Assembly: GCF_030144855.1 (NCBI RefSeq)
Contig: NC_082712.1
Span: forward strand, 130,138,001-130,202,000
Length of the DNA stretch: 64,000 bases
DNA from: Hypanus sabinus
Lineage: Eukaryota
Direction: 5' to 3'
Part shown: one piece after another, positions 26,265 through 39,100 of the stretch
Numbering within the stretch: position 1 is the first letter of the stretch
Layout of the letters: each line of letters starts with the position of its first letter
Made by a program: the position numbers and the translations under genes
The notes under the pieces: model-generated
The model's input: only the letters and a program-made list of their open reading frames with translations
Told to the model about the DNA's origin: nothing
Databases searched by the model: none

Positions 26265-26515
26265 TTTAATTTATTTTGAGATGCAGCATGGAACAGGTCC
26301 TTTCTGCCCAATGAGCCACACCACCCAACCTAAGCCTAATCACAGGACAATTTCCAATGACCAGTTAACCTACTTGTCTTTGGACTGTGGGAAGAAACTG
26401 AAGCACCCAGCTGAAACCCACAAGCACAGGAAAGGAATGAGAGGAAGCCAGAATTGAACCCTTAACTCTGATGCCTCAAGCTGCAATAGTGTTGCACTGA
26501 CCACTACACCGCCAT
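26265..26515 (-). mobile_element. HE1-like V-SINE
   Basis: - strand tRNA-like head plus V domain GTGGGTTTCAGCTGGGTGCTTCAGTTTCTTCCCACAGTCCAAAGAC. Confidence 0.75.
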
Positions 26516-26999
26516 GACATCCAACAATTTTTACTGGCAATTTCAGAATTATACTGCAGAGAACCAGTGGACAAAATTGGTGGTTTCTTGAGGTTAACAC
26601 AGAGCTACCTTTTTGGTAGATTTTGCAATTAAGTGTTGAACTTAATTGTGTTTCCCTTATATCCCCCAGTGGTTCAATAGGGAACAGCAGCACAATACAC
26701 AACATCAAGCTGAACAAGCTAGTTTTCCCTTAGTTTTCTGTCAAGTTAGCTAAATTCTACTAAAGTTCCATTTTGGATGTTATGATGTAAGCACAGTATC
26801 CAATCTCAGTGACCCATATCAGTACTGGGATTGCACTAGTGGTAGTGAATGGGAGAAGCATTTATAATGTTGTAGTATGTCTGTTTGTTTTATTCTGTGA
26901 TTGAAATACTTCTTTGTGTTTTAGTTTATCAGAGAGACCATGACTTTGGACTACAGTGGCCCTGATTCTCTGTACTGTTGACACTGACTTCCCCTGGGA

Positions 27000-27127
27000 A
27001 TGCTCCAAGTATCAAACTACAGCCTGGTACTATCAGTACAATTCATTATAATGATCTTCGATCTGTTTGCCAATTCCTTCTCTGAACTTTTATTAACAGA
27101 GCCCGTTGTTCCTCTGATAATATTTGT
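27000..27127 (+). CDS. TMEM138: TMEM138 coding exon 1 (exon probably starts at 26925)
   Basis: [31 protein letters not shown]; donor GT|gtgagt. Confidence 0.95.
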
Positions 27128-30100
27128 GTGAGTATTGTTAATTATATTAACAATAATAAATTAATGTGATTATTTATATATGAATATCATGAGTAGAGGG
27201 GAGTGGAACTATATTTCATTCTTGCTTTTTGCATTCACCATGCTAAATTTGAGACTCATTACATTGTCAGGGATTATTGAGGAGTATTAGTATTATGTGA
27301 ATATAGAAGAAATTAATTTAAACGAGAACCAGTCTTCAGTTACTAATGTAAATTGCAAGTAATCATCAGTTTGAAGTTAGAAGGACAGTTTTGCAAACAA
27401 ACAGTACTATCTAGCAGGGCGCTGGGCCCCAGCAGTGGTGGGGTGGGGGGGGGGGGTGGTTGGATGCTGAGATGGTTTCAAAATGGTGGTCATGAGATGT
27501 TTGCATATATTAAAACAATGGGGTTATGATAATTAAACCAGACAACTGCAGCTAAGTTATTTGCACTATTTGAACCAAATTCGAGGAGGTTAGCGGTCTA
27601 GACTGATAGTATCACTTAGCTCATTAAATAGCTGATCATCAATATTTGGGAAATCTGTCATCCATCACAACACTAATCTTGGGTGTCTGGCTCTCTATCC
27701 TCAAGCCTATAGACCAGTGGTTCCCAAAGTGGGTGATATTAATCCCCTGGGGGCAGTAGGAGTTTCTAAGAAGGTGATAAAAATAAAGGGGGTGGGGGGT
27801 GCTCAGTAGCAAGAGGGGGAGAAACTGAGGGATTATTTAAGAAATTAATTACTCATTATAAGCATTTGATCCTCAGTACCTCATTATTGATTACAAAATC
27901 TCCTCTCTTGTTAGCTCACTGTTCTCTTAAACTTTGTTTGAAGCGTGTTATAGTTGTTGAGAAACAACGTGACAGTTCTGTGTTTTGCATATCATGAGAA
28001 ATTTGGACTGGAGAAATCGTGTTTGGGAATCACTGCTCCATACAATTCCATCACACAATCCTGGGGTCAGGCACAGAGTCAAGCTTCCTCAACAGTGGTT
28101 ACCACCTTCTTGGCTCCCAAACCACATCTCCATCAGCCATTATAAAAAAATGAGAGCTTTGATTTATGATGTACAGTGAAAGAAAATAGGAACTGCAAAT
28201 TCAAAGCAACAACAAATAATTGAAAAAATTATTCAAATCTATTTAAAGCTATAAATAAAATTATTTCTTTAGCCAATAAATTATGCATTTAATTTCAGTT
28301 AAAACAACTTCCATCAACAAATTTAGAGCGTCTAATTATTCACTATTTCATTGCTCTTTCACCTTTCAATGAGATGGTGGATAGGCTTAGTGCAATAATA
28401 TCAGCTTCTCAACATCAGGCTGAATATCACTCAGAAGAAGTCTCAGATCCCCACATTCAGTAATTTACAGTCTTTTTTCTTGCTTTGGTAGAAGTTGGGT
28501 ACTGCACTGAATGAAACCACGCTCCACTAAATTTGATGTTGGAAATGCAATAAAGAACATCTTGACCTTTTTTTCCATAGTGCAGGATTATATTCAGAGA
28601 TTTCCTACTGCAACCAAAAGTCTTGATATGATTTTTTGAACCTTGGCTTCAGCTCAAAGTCATTTTGTAGCAAGATCAGTTCTTCCTCTATCTTTCCTGT
28701 TAATTCCTCATTACAAGAGTTCAGCAGTGAATTTATTACCCAATCTGGAATTTAGATCGAGATCTTAAAATCTCTCTGACATGTCTTTATGAAGCTCATT
28801 GGGGTGGGCACAATATACTTGAAGATCATCATCTGGCACTCTTTCATTCTCTTCCAACTCAGAGACACTCGGAAAATGGAAAAAGTTGCAATGGCCAATG
28901 TTGCACTTAAATAGCGTTAACTTGGACAGAAATGTGGAGACGACTGATTTGGATTTGATAAGATTCACGTCATTTCCTTGTAATTGAAGATTGATTTTAT
29001 TAAACTTTGTGAATTATTCTGACAAATAGGTAATGCCATGGCTAATTCTTCAGTTTATAACTGAACGAAGCATTCAAGTCATCTAAAACTTATCTCACAG
29101 TTTCAAAAAGTGCTTTAGAGCCTCTCAAGCAGTTTCCTTTTGAGAACCATCTGACTTCTGTGTGCATTCAAACTGTTTATCATTCTCAATAAAAAAAAAA
29201 GCTCTTGAACTAGTTGAGAATTGAGAGCATGGGACTTCACATTTTATTTAGTGATAACAGCCTTTAATGATTTGTGCAGCTGATCATTTAGTTTTTTTGC
29301 GACAAGCTGTTTGTGAATTATGCAGTGAATGGTAAATAAGTTATTTACAGCTTCTTTTCAATGAAGTATAAACCCCATAGTGGCATCCTGTCATTGATGG
29401 TGCCTCACCTGTTGTGTAAGCAAGAATATTGGTGAGCAGAATGTCCTTCTCTTTGAAAAAATTATCAAAAACCTGAAATGTTGACTCCCTCTTCATAGTT
29501 GTTTTTAGTCCCCTTGCAAATAACAACTCTTGAACCATGCTTTCAACTTTTATAAAGTGAATGTAACCAGGAAACAAATATTCATTGCCTTTCAAAGTTG
29601 ACTCGTCCAACTACAGAGCAAATTTTGTTGTACGTTGCAAAATGTGTCTTTTGCATTCTCAGACATTTCATCTCTTTGGGAACCATTGCTCTGCACTGGC
29701 CTATCATATACTCCCAGAATGAAGCTCCTTAAATTATCTGTGTGAATTAGTTAGTCCTAGCAAAGGCATTTGAACCTTCAGAGGTATGTTATCAATTTAA
29801 CAAAGTGCTTCCACTGTAAATATGCACCTCAAATGAACCATTTGTCAGACACTGTATTGAAATAGACAATGTCATTGTAGGTATGGAAATTGTATTGAAT
29901 CACCTGTCGTACCTTTGATCTTAAGGGTATAAAAATGTGATGTACTTAAGAGTTTGGCAGACTTCTACCAAGATGGCGCCAGCGAACATCAAAACCAATG
30001 ACGACGTCCTTCAGATAGTTCAAGCAACTACTTCTTAGAACATAGAAATGTTGTTCTGACCATGTAACCTGCTGTAGAAACTGCCTAGAAATGACACCAC

Positions 30101-33100
30101 TGCATAGCCCTCTATTTTTCTAAGCTGCATGTACCTATCTAAGAGTCTGTTAAAAGACCCTTCTTCTTTCCAATGTGATTCTGCCACTGAGTTGTGAACA
30201 ATTGGAACCTGTGATTTACATTTTGATAAGCAAACACGAGGAAATCTGCAGATGCTGGAAATTTAAGCAACACACACAAAATGCTTATATACTGTCTGGG
30301 TAGCCTCCATCCTGATGGCATGAACATTGACTTCTCTAACTTCTGTTAATGCCCCCCCCTCCCCTTCTTACCCCATCCCTGATATATTTAGTTTTTTTCC
30401 CCCTCCCCTTTTTTTCTCTCTCTCTCTTCCCATCACTCTGCCTGTTCTTCATCTCCCTCTGGTGCTCCCTTCCCCCTTTCTTTCTCCCTAGGAGGTCCCA
30501 TGATCCTTTCCCTTCTCCAGCTCTTTATCCCTTTTTGCCAATCACCTTTCCAGCTCTCAGCTTCACCCCCCCCCCCCACGGTCTTCTCCTGTCATTTCAC
30601 ATTTCCCCCTCCCCCTCCTATTTTCAAATCTTTTACTATCTTTCCTTTCAGTTAGTCCTGACAAAGGGTCTGGGCACGAAACGTTCACATTGCTTCTTCC
30701 TATAGATGCTGCCTGGCCTGCTGCATTCCACCAGCATTTTGTGTGTGTTATTTACATTTTGATGGAGTGTTTTGGGGCTGATTGAGCAGTCTGGTGCTTT
30801 GGTGTCTCTGAGGGAGTTTGTTGAGGTTTGGAGTGGAGGTCAAGAAGCCTGGAGATGAGGATGAGAGCAACATATGAGGGGGTGTTCAGTGCCATTTTCC
30901 TGTGTTTGACCTGCCTGTCTTGGATCTTGGGCAAGGTTTAACTGACTACGTTTTGTGGATTGGACCCTGTAGTTCATGTTATATGTGTTTCTGGTTACAG
31001 TTTTTTCTATTGCTATTTTGTGTGATTTTGATCAGGGTGGACTGGCTCTGCAGCCTGCAGTATACAAACAACACAACGCTAAATTGAAATGAACTGAACT
31101 AAACTAAACATTCCTAGTCAAGGGCTCTGTGGTTTGATGATTTATATTCTATGTGTCTTTTCGCTCTTTTTTTGCCATTTGTGCAATCAGTTTTTTTGTG
31201 CATAGGTGTTTGATATTTTCTTTGAAGGGGTTCCATGGTGTTTCTTTGTTTCATGGTTGTCTGTGGGAAGACGAATCTCAGGGCTGTACAGGCAGTCCCC
31301 AGGTACGTACGAGTTCCGTTCCTGAGTCCGTCTTTAAGTCGGATTTGTATGTAAGTCGGAACAAGTACATCTGGTATTATTTAGCATCAGTTAGTCAAAC
31401 GTTTGTCTTAGTATATAATATATATTTTACCTTTCTATGCATATAAAACACTTAAAAACATATGTATTCTAATAATTAAACCTCTGCATTGCTTAGTAAT
31501 AATTGTAGCTTTCATTGGGGCAGAGCCTTTCACATGCTCCATTATTCTCACTTTATCCTTTAAAATTGTTCCAATCGTTGACCGACTGTAGCCGAACGTT
31601 TTTCCAATGACTGATGGTGTTTCAACTCTTTCCAAATGCTCTATTATTTCCACATTATTTTCAATTGCGATTGCTTCCCATCAGCGGAACAGAAACACTG
31701 CAGGCGGCGGGTCCCAATCTCCACCGGCTCCCAAGGTCTGCCAGGTCCTAAGGACCACTGCACTGAATTCCCCGGGTTTGAAAGTCCACCGCACTGAGAC
31801 AGGTTAAATGGGACAGGTGGGGGCTGTGTTGGGTTTGGGTACTATATTTGATCCTCCACAATATTCTGCGTGGGAATTTAAACTGGAGGTGGCAGTGTTT
31901 TTATTTACAAGGTCGAGTTGCGCGCTCGACATCAACCCAGCACAGATGGTATGGGAGTCACTGGATCAACATCAACCTGGCACGGGAGCGGTCTGTCACT
32001 GGATCGAACTTGTTCTCGAGCCCGGAGCTGATCTCACTACGCCACCAGCTGACCGGAATGGGGGGGGGAGGGGAGCAGGGTTGGGGTGAGTCTTGCTAAG
32101 AAAAATTTAAGCCAAATACAAAGCTAAACACACAACACAGTGTCAACGGCAATGACTTAAAATGGCAGATGGTGATCTTCCTCGGTTCGTAAGTACGAGT
32201 TATCCATAAGTCGGATGTTCGTAACGTGGGGACTACCTGTATACTGTATCCATACTTGATAATATATGTACTTTGACCTTTGAGGGTTTCCTAGTGAATG
32301 TCTGTTATTCACGATGAATTACTTTGAACTTTGACTAATGCCTTACAAAGCCTCTGCAATATATCCTTGCTTTTGTATTTTAGTTCTCTTGAAATGCAGG
32401 CAGACATTGTATTTGCTTCCTTACCACCAACTGAACCTGTAAATTAATCTCTAGGGAATCGTGCGGGAGGACTCCCAAGTCCCCTCTGCATCTGGTATTT
32501 GAATTTTCTCTTCATTCAGAAAATAGTCCACACCACTATTTCTTCTGCCAAAATGCATGACCATGCACTTCTCTACATTATATTCCATCTGCCACTTCTT
32601 TTTGCAAAGAAGAGGTTTCCAGAGGTAACCAGAGGAAACCAGAGGTTTCCCCAGCTGTCAAAGTTCTGCTTTCTCCACACTTACCTGTCCCTCCACTATC
32701 TTAATGTTGCAAATCTGGGGAACTAGCATCCTTACAATAGAATTTCAAGCCATAAATTAAATTTGCTGTTTGTTTCCCAAGTCTGTGAAGGAAACCAGTT
32801 TTAAATTAAAATATATGTGGAGTTTCTTTATGTTGTCATCCATATTCTTGTCTGATAGTGCCCTCCCCTTTGGTTCCATAGCCCATCAGCTATGTTTTTG
32901 TAAAGTGGCATTGTGACAGCCATTAAGTGATCGATTTGGTCAACTGTAGAAATTGACCGTCTGTTAGTCTTACGATCCCAGAAAAATTAAATAATTTAGG
33001 CAGACTGAAACCACTATTTTGTGAAAACCTGATGAGAAATAATTTGTTTTTATAAAAGTCATACTAACTTAGAAGTTTTTTGCTCCCCTTTTCTTCCACA

Positions 33101-36100
33101 TTGCAAAAGGCTATATGAATCAGAATTGCTTACACTTTTATGGAGTTGGAATCCATTAGTTTCGTGTGAGTTGATTCAACTCTCATAATCAGAAAGTATT
33201 TATCTCTTAATTAACATTACATACTCTGAATTACAATGATGACTACATTCATCAAAATGTCATCAGCTGTGAAGCACATTTATGAGTAGTGCTTTAAAAA
33301 TGCAAAATGTTTTTATTTCAGTTGCAATTCTTTTGTCATTGTTGTGCAATTGTTAAAAACGACTGAAAATCTAACAGTTTTTTTTCTCTTTTCAGTATAC
33401 AAGACATTGGAATCCTCTTTAATATCATCATCATCTTCCTTATGTTTTTCAACACATTTGTCTTTCAAGCAGGCTTGGTCAAATTATTGATTCACAGGTT
33501 TACAGGAACCATTATTGTCTCTGGGATTTACTTTATTCTGAGTGTCAGCTTTCATGTTTGGATTGAGGTGCGTAAACTGCATGGGAATTAAATGGAACTT
33601 TTTTTGAGTATTAAGTTGCTATATTGCTATACTTTTTGATGAGAAGTGATTAGAGTTATGTGAATGTAATCATATATTTAGGTTTTACATCAAGGAAGGA
33701 GTCTGAGATAAGGCTGAAAATGAGATACTTTGGTCATTACAGACTTTATTTGATACTTTATTACTTTAATTGTTTAATACTTTATTGATCCCGAGGGAAA
33801 TTGGGTTTCATTACAGGCACCAACCAAGAATAGTGAAGAAATATAGCAATATAAAACCATAAATAATTAAATAATAATAAGTTAATCATGCCAAGTGGAA
33901 ATAAGTCCAGGACCAGCCTATTGGCTCAGGGTGTCTGACACTCCAAGGGAGGAGTTGTAAAGTTTGATGGCCACAGGTAGGAATGACTTCCTGTGACGCT
34001 CAGTGTTACATCTTGGATTGTTAAAGGGTATAAAGGATTGTTGTTCCTTTTCACCCCCTGTGGCGCATCAGGTGGCATTTTTTCTGTTTTCGTAGTATTT
34101 GACTGTTTTTTACAAGGCCGAGTTGCTAGCTCAACACTCAACCCAGCACAGAAGGTGTGCAAGGAGCTGGCTGGATTGGAACTCGAGCATTTGCCTCGAA
34201 GTCTGGTGCTGATTCCTCTACACCACCGGCCAGCCTAAGAGAGGATTCAAATCAAAAAGCTTTATAAGAAAACCTGTAAAGCTATCTCTTGATGTTGCTT
34301 TGGATAGAATAATGAAGGTACAATGACTTCACATTATAATTTACAATGGCTGAGAAAGGGAAACAAATCTCAGGATAAAGCTGTTGAATCATCGAATGGT
34401 TGATGATGGTTGAATAGGTCATTTGATCTATTCCCTTTTGACTGATCAAGTCTGTTCTCTGGGTTTATTCAGTCTCATTTCCCTACAGTTCTTTCCAAAA
34501 CCAGCCAACACCGCCCCCCCCCACCCTTTGCCCAACTCTTAAAAATTACATTTTAATCTTATCCAACATGCTAAGTAATGCATGGGGAAAATATTTAATT
34601 AAAAATGTGTCAGATTTTGAATACATGAGAAGCAAAGACCGGGAACAAAGTAACAAGAAAAGACTGGGAATGGAAAATGAAGCACAAGAATCAAGGGAGT
34701 ACAGGTTATTGCTCATCCATATTTGACAACTCAGTAACTTGTTACATAGAACATTTTTTAATTTATGAGACTATTCAACATGTTCTGGTTCATCTGACTT
34801 AAAATACCCTTTGGGAGTATGTGGTTGATAACTATAAATTTCCAGAATCATCATAGAATGATAACTAGATTGTGGGCATCCTGCCTTGCATGAGCTACAG
34901 ATTTTAGTTCATAGTGAACTTTATTTTAAAATTCAAAAATAATTCAGGAACATTGTACGTAGGCTCAATTTGCAAACCTCAAGTGTTGGCAGTGCTCACG
35001 TTCTTAGTTACATATGTCGGGGATGAGAAAGAAGGTCAAAGGGATTTGGTTGTCTCAGACAGATAATCTTATTAGGTAATGCACAGGTGTGGTGTTAAAG
35101 GCACTTCTAAATCTGTTAGCACATTGCTGAAGATGATTTTGTATGTTGCTATAATTATTTCCTTCAGCTACTTAATCCTATTCACCTGCATTAATTTTTA
35201 TTTTCAACAGAATCTGCGGTGGCAAGACCAGCACAAGTTTGTGTGGACGAATTGGCTTCAGGCATTTTTTGTCTTCCAACGATTTGGTAAGAAAGCTGTC
35301 AGCAATCTTTGTAACGTTGCCAAGTATCGTCTTTTCCTGAGGTAGGATTCTTTACACTGACCATACATCAAAGCACTACTAGCATCCAGGGATATCATTG
35401 TTAAATCTTAGCAAGTGTCCACACACTTGCTTACTTTTATGGGATTATTGGTTAGTAAATAAAACCAAGAGCACAACTGCCTAAAGATTTCCAATGGCAT
35501 TGATCAGGATTTACTTTTGAGATCACAAGATTTGATTCACAACTCTACCCTGTTACACTAAATTGGAAAGATCTGATGTGAACTGCATGTAGTTGCAGAT
35601 AAATAGGATTGTAATATGGTCAGTGTAAATTCAGCGAGACATACACGTGTGAAATTCAAGATTAATCCTCCTCGTATGCAATGTTGTCGCTTTTTGGTTC
35701 TATGATCTTGGAAAGTGCAGGACTACTGAGGGCGAGACCACGTGATTTATGTTGGAACTAAGAAAATGTCTGAAACCATCACTTTTCATATCAGCTTATA
35801 AAATGTTCTTATGCAAAAGGTAGAAAATCAGCTTTTGCTCTGCATCTGAAACTTTACATTGCAAGTGAATAAAGAAAATAAAGTTAATACTGTTTTCCAA
35901 AGTTGTCTGAATGTCTTAATAAACATCCAGGATTGAAAAGTGTGCCAGCTCTCAGAGGATAGCCATTGGGGGTTATTTTGGAGTGATAGAATGACCTTCC
36001 TAATTTTTTTTTATTGCAGCTGGGCTTTGAAGAAACCACTTTATTAATGAAGGATTTAAACATACATATTGCTATATGATTGATTTATCTGTATTGAATG

Positions 36101-39100
36101 TATGTTTTAGAATTTTGAAATCAGAAGTAAACATATTAGAATCTAGATAGTTTTACGGGATATATCAGAATGTCAGACTTTTCTCTGGTATCTTATAAGA
36201 CCATAAGACATAGGAGTAGAACTAAGGCATTTGGTCCATCAGGACTGCTCCCACCATTTCTTCATGGCTGATCCATTCCTCTCTCAACCCCATTCTCCTA
36301 CCTTTTCCTTGTAATCTCTCATGCCCTAACTGATCAAGAACCTATCAATCCCTGCCTTAAATACACCCAGTGACCTGGCCTGTACAGCCACCTGTGACAA
36401 CAAATTCCACAGATTAACCACCCTCTGGCTAAAGAAATTCTAAATTCTAAATGGATATCCCTCTATGCTGAGGCTGTGCCCCCTGGTCCTAGACTCCCCA
36501 CTATGGAAAATGTCATCTCCACATCCATTCTGTCTAGGCCTTTCAAAATTTGATAGGTTTCAGTGAGATCAGTTTTGGGCTCCTCATTTAAATTCCAGCT
36601 AATAAAGGCCCAGAGCCATCAGTCGCTTAGCACATCTATTCTTAGATAAGGGGCTGAAAACTGCTCACAATGCTACAAATGAGGCCTCACCAGTCCCTTA
36701 TAAAGCCTCAACATTACGTCCTTACTTTTATATACTAGCCCTCTCAAAATTAATATTAACATTGTATTTGCTTTCTTCACAACCAACTCAACCTGCAAAT
36801 TAACCTTTAGGGAATCCTGCACAAGGACTCCCAAATCCTTTTGCAATTCAACTTTTTGAGTTTTCTCCCTGTTTATAAAATAGATTCTGCTTTTATTCCT
36901 TCTATCATAGTGCATGACCATACACATCCTGATACCTTATTCCATCTGCCACTACTTTGCCCATTCTCCTAGTATGTCCAAGTCCTTCTATGGGCTTCCT
37001 GCTTCCTCAGCACCACCTGCCTTTCCACTTATCTTCATATCATCGGCAAACTTGGCCATGAAGCCATCAATTCCTTTGTCCGAATCATTGACATAAAATG
37101 TAAAAAGAATCAGTTCCAACACAGACCCCTGCAGAGCACCACTAGTCACTGGCAACTAATCAGAGAAGTCTCCCTTTTTTCCCTCTCTTTCCCTCCTGCC
37201 AATCCATGCTAGTATTTTTCCTGTAATACCATGGACTCCTGTTCTTGTTGAGCCACCACAGGTGCAGCTCCTTATCAAAGGCCTTCTGAAAATCCAAGTG
37301 TACAATATCCACCAATTCACATTTATTTATCCTGTTTGTTACTTCCCCAAAGAATTCTACCAGATTTGTCAGGCAAGTTTTTCCCTTAAGGAAACCATGC
37401 TGGCTTTGGCCTATTTTATCATGTGCCTCTGAATACCCCGAAACCTTATCCTTAACAACGACTCAGTGAGGCTAACTGGCCTATAATTTCCTTTCTTCTG
37501 CTCCAACCCTTGAAAAGTGGAGTGACATTTGCAATTTTCCAGTCCTCTGGAACCATTCCAGAATCTAGTGATTCTTGAAAGATCATTACTAATGCCTCCA
37601 CAATCCATTCAGCTACCTCGTTCAGAACCCTGTGATTTAGTTCATCTGGTTCAGCTGACTTATTTACCTTCAGTCCTTTCAGTTTCTTAAGCACCTTCTC
37701 CCTAAAAATAGCAACTGCACTCACTTCTGCCCCTGACCACTCTAACTTCCAGTTTACTGCCAGTGTCTTCCACAGACTGATGCAAAATACTTATTCAGTT
37801 TGCCCACCATTTCCTTGTCCCCCATTACTACTTCCCCAGCATTATTTTCCAGCGGTCCAATATCTTATCTCGCCTTTTACACTTTATATAACTAAAAAAA
37901 CTTTTGGTATCTTCTTTGATATTGTTGGCTTTCTTACCTTCATATTTCATCTTTTTCTCAAGTTATGTTTTTTTTTTCAGTTGTCTTCTGTTGGTTTTTA
38001 AAAGTTTCCAAATCCTCTAACTTATTACTAATGTTTGCTCTATTATATGCCCCCTCCTTTGCTTTTATGATGGCTTTGATTTCCCTTGTCATTCACGGTT
38101 GTGTCATCCTGCCTTTAGAATACTACCACTTCGCAATGTGAATTGCTCCTAGAAACTCCAGTCATTGCTGTTCTGCCATAATCCCTCCTGGTGTCCACCT
38201 TCCAATCAACTTTGGACAGCTCATTTCCCATGCCTCTGTAATTCCTTTTACTCCACTGTAATACTGATACATTTGATTTTAGATTTTAGCTTGTTGCTAA
38301 ATTAGCAAATTGCTGGGTGAATTCTGTCATATTCTGATCATTGTCTCCTAAAGGTTCCTTTACCGTAAGCTCTTCAATCGTCCAGTTCATAACACAATAC
38401 CCAATCCAGAATATCTAATCCCTAGTGGGCTCAACCACAGGCTATTCTAAAAAGCCTCCTGAAACTCCAGGCATATATCAACTTTGTTTAAAACTGGAAA
38501 TCAGATCCACATGTTTTGATCCATGGATTCAAGTTATTCAATCATGAAATTTACCCCTTATACTAAAATGTAAGACCGTGCCTTTGGTCCATTCCTTTTT
38601 CTTTGGCTATACCAAAGTGCTGGGATCCTGGTTTCCAGCAGAGGACTGCTCTGGAGGTTCTGCTGGTGTGAACAGTTTGGAACACTTGCAGGGGGAAAGG
38701 AAGACTTGTCCCAAACATCACAATCTTGGCAAATGTGAACCAAAGTTGGGAAGAAAAAATAACTTATCAAAGTTACTACTTTTTATTCATTCAGGTAACC
38801 ACTAGAATTTAGAAGGCATTTGTACAGAAACAGAGATAGGAAATGTTTAGAGGTACACTATATGGCCACTTCCAGTCAAACAGGACTAGCTTAGGAAGAC
38901 ACCTTGGTTAGCAAGGATGAGTAGGGCCAAATGGTCTGTTTCCATGCTGTTATTACACAACATTTCTCAATATTAGGAAACACTTTATAAATATTTTAAA
39001 TAATGAAGGATTGTTTTTGAATGTTAATGGAATTAAAATCAACTTCTAATATCTAACAAATAGTGAGCTATAAAGACAAAAGATTCTAACTTAAATTTCT

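Noticed and set aside
28765-29610. Domesticated ZBED/SCAND3-like gene
   Set aside because: Many stops and frameshifts, TIRs retained, N-terminus deleted; a dead transposon.
32611-32650. Four 10-bp units AGAGG(T/A)(T/A)(T/A)CC
   Set aside because: A tiny local tandem duplication inside a CR1 relic; not a CRISPR or functional array.
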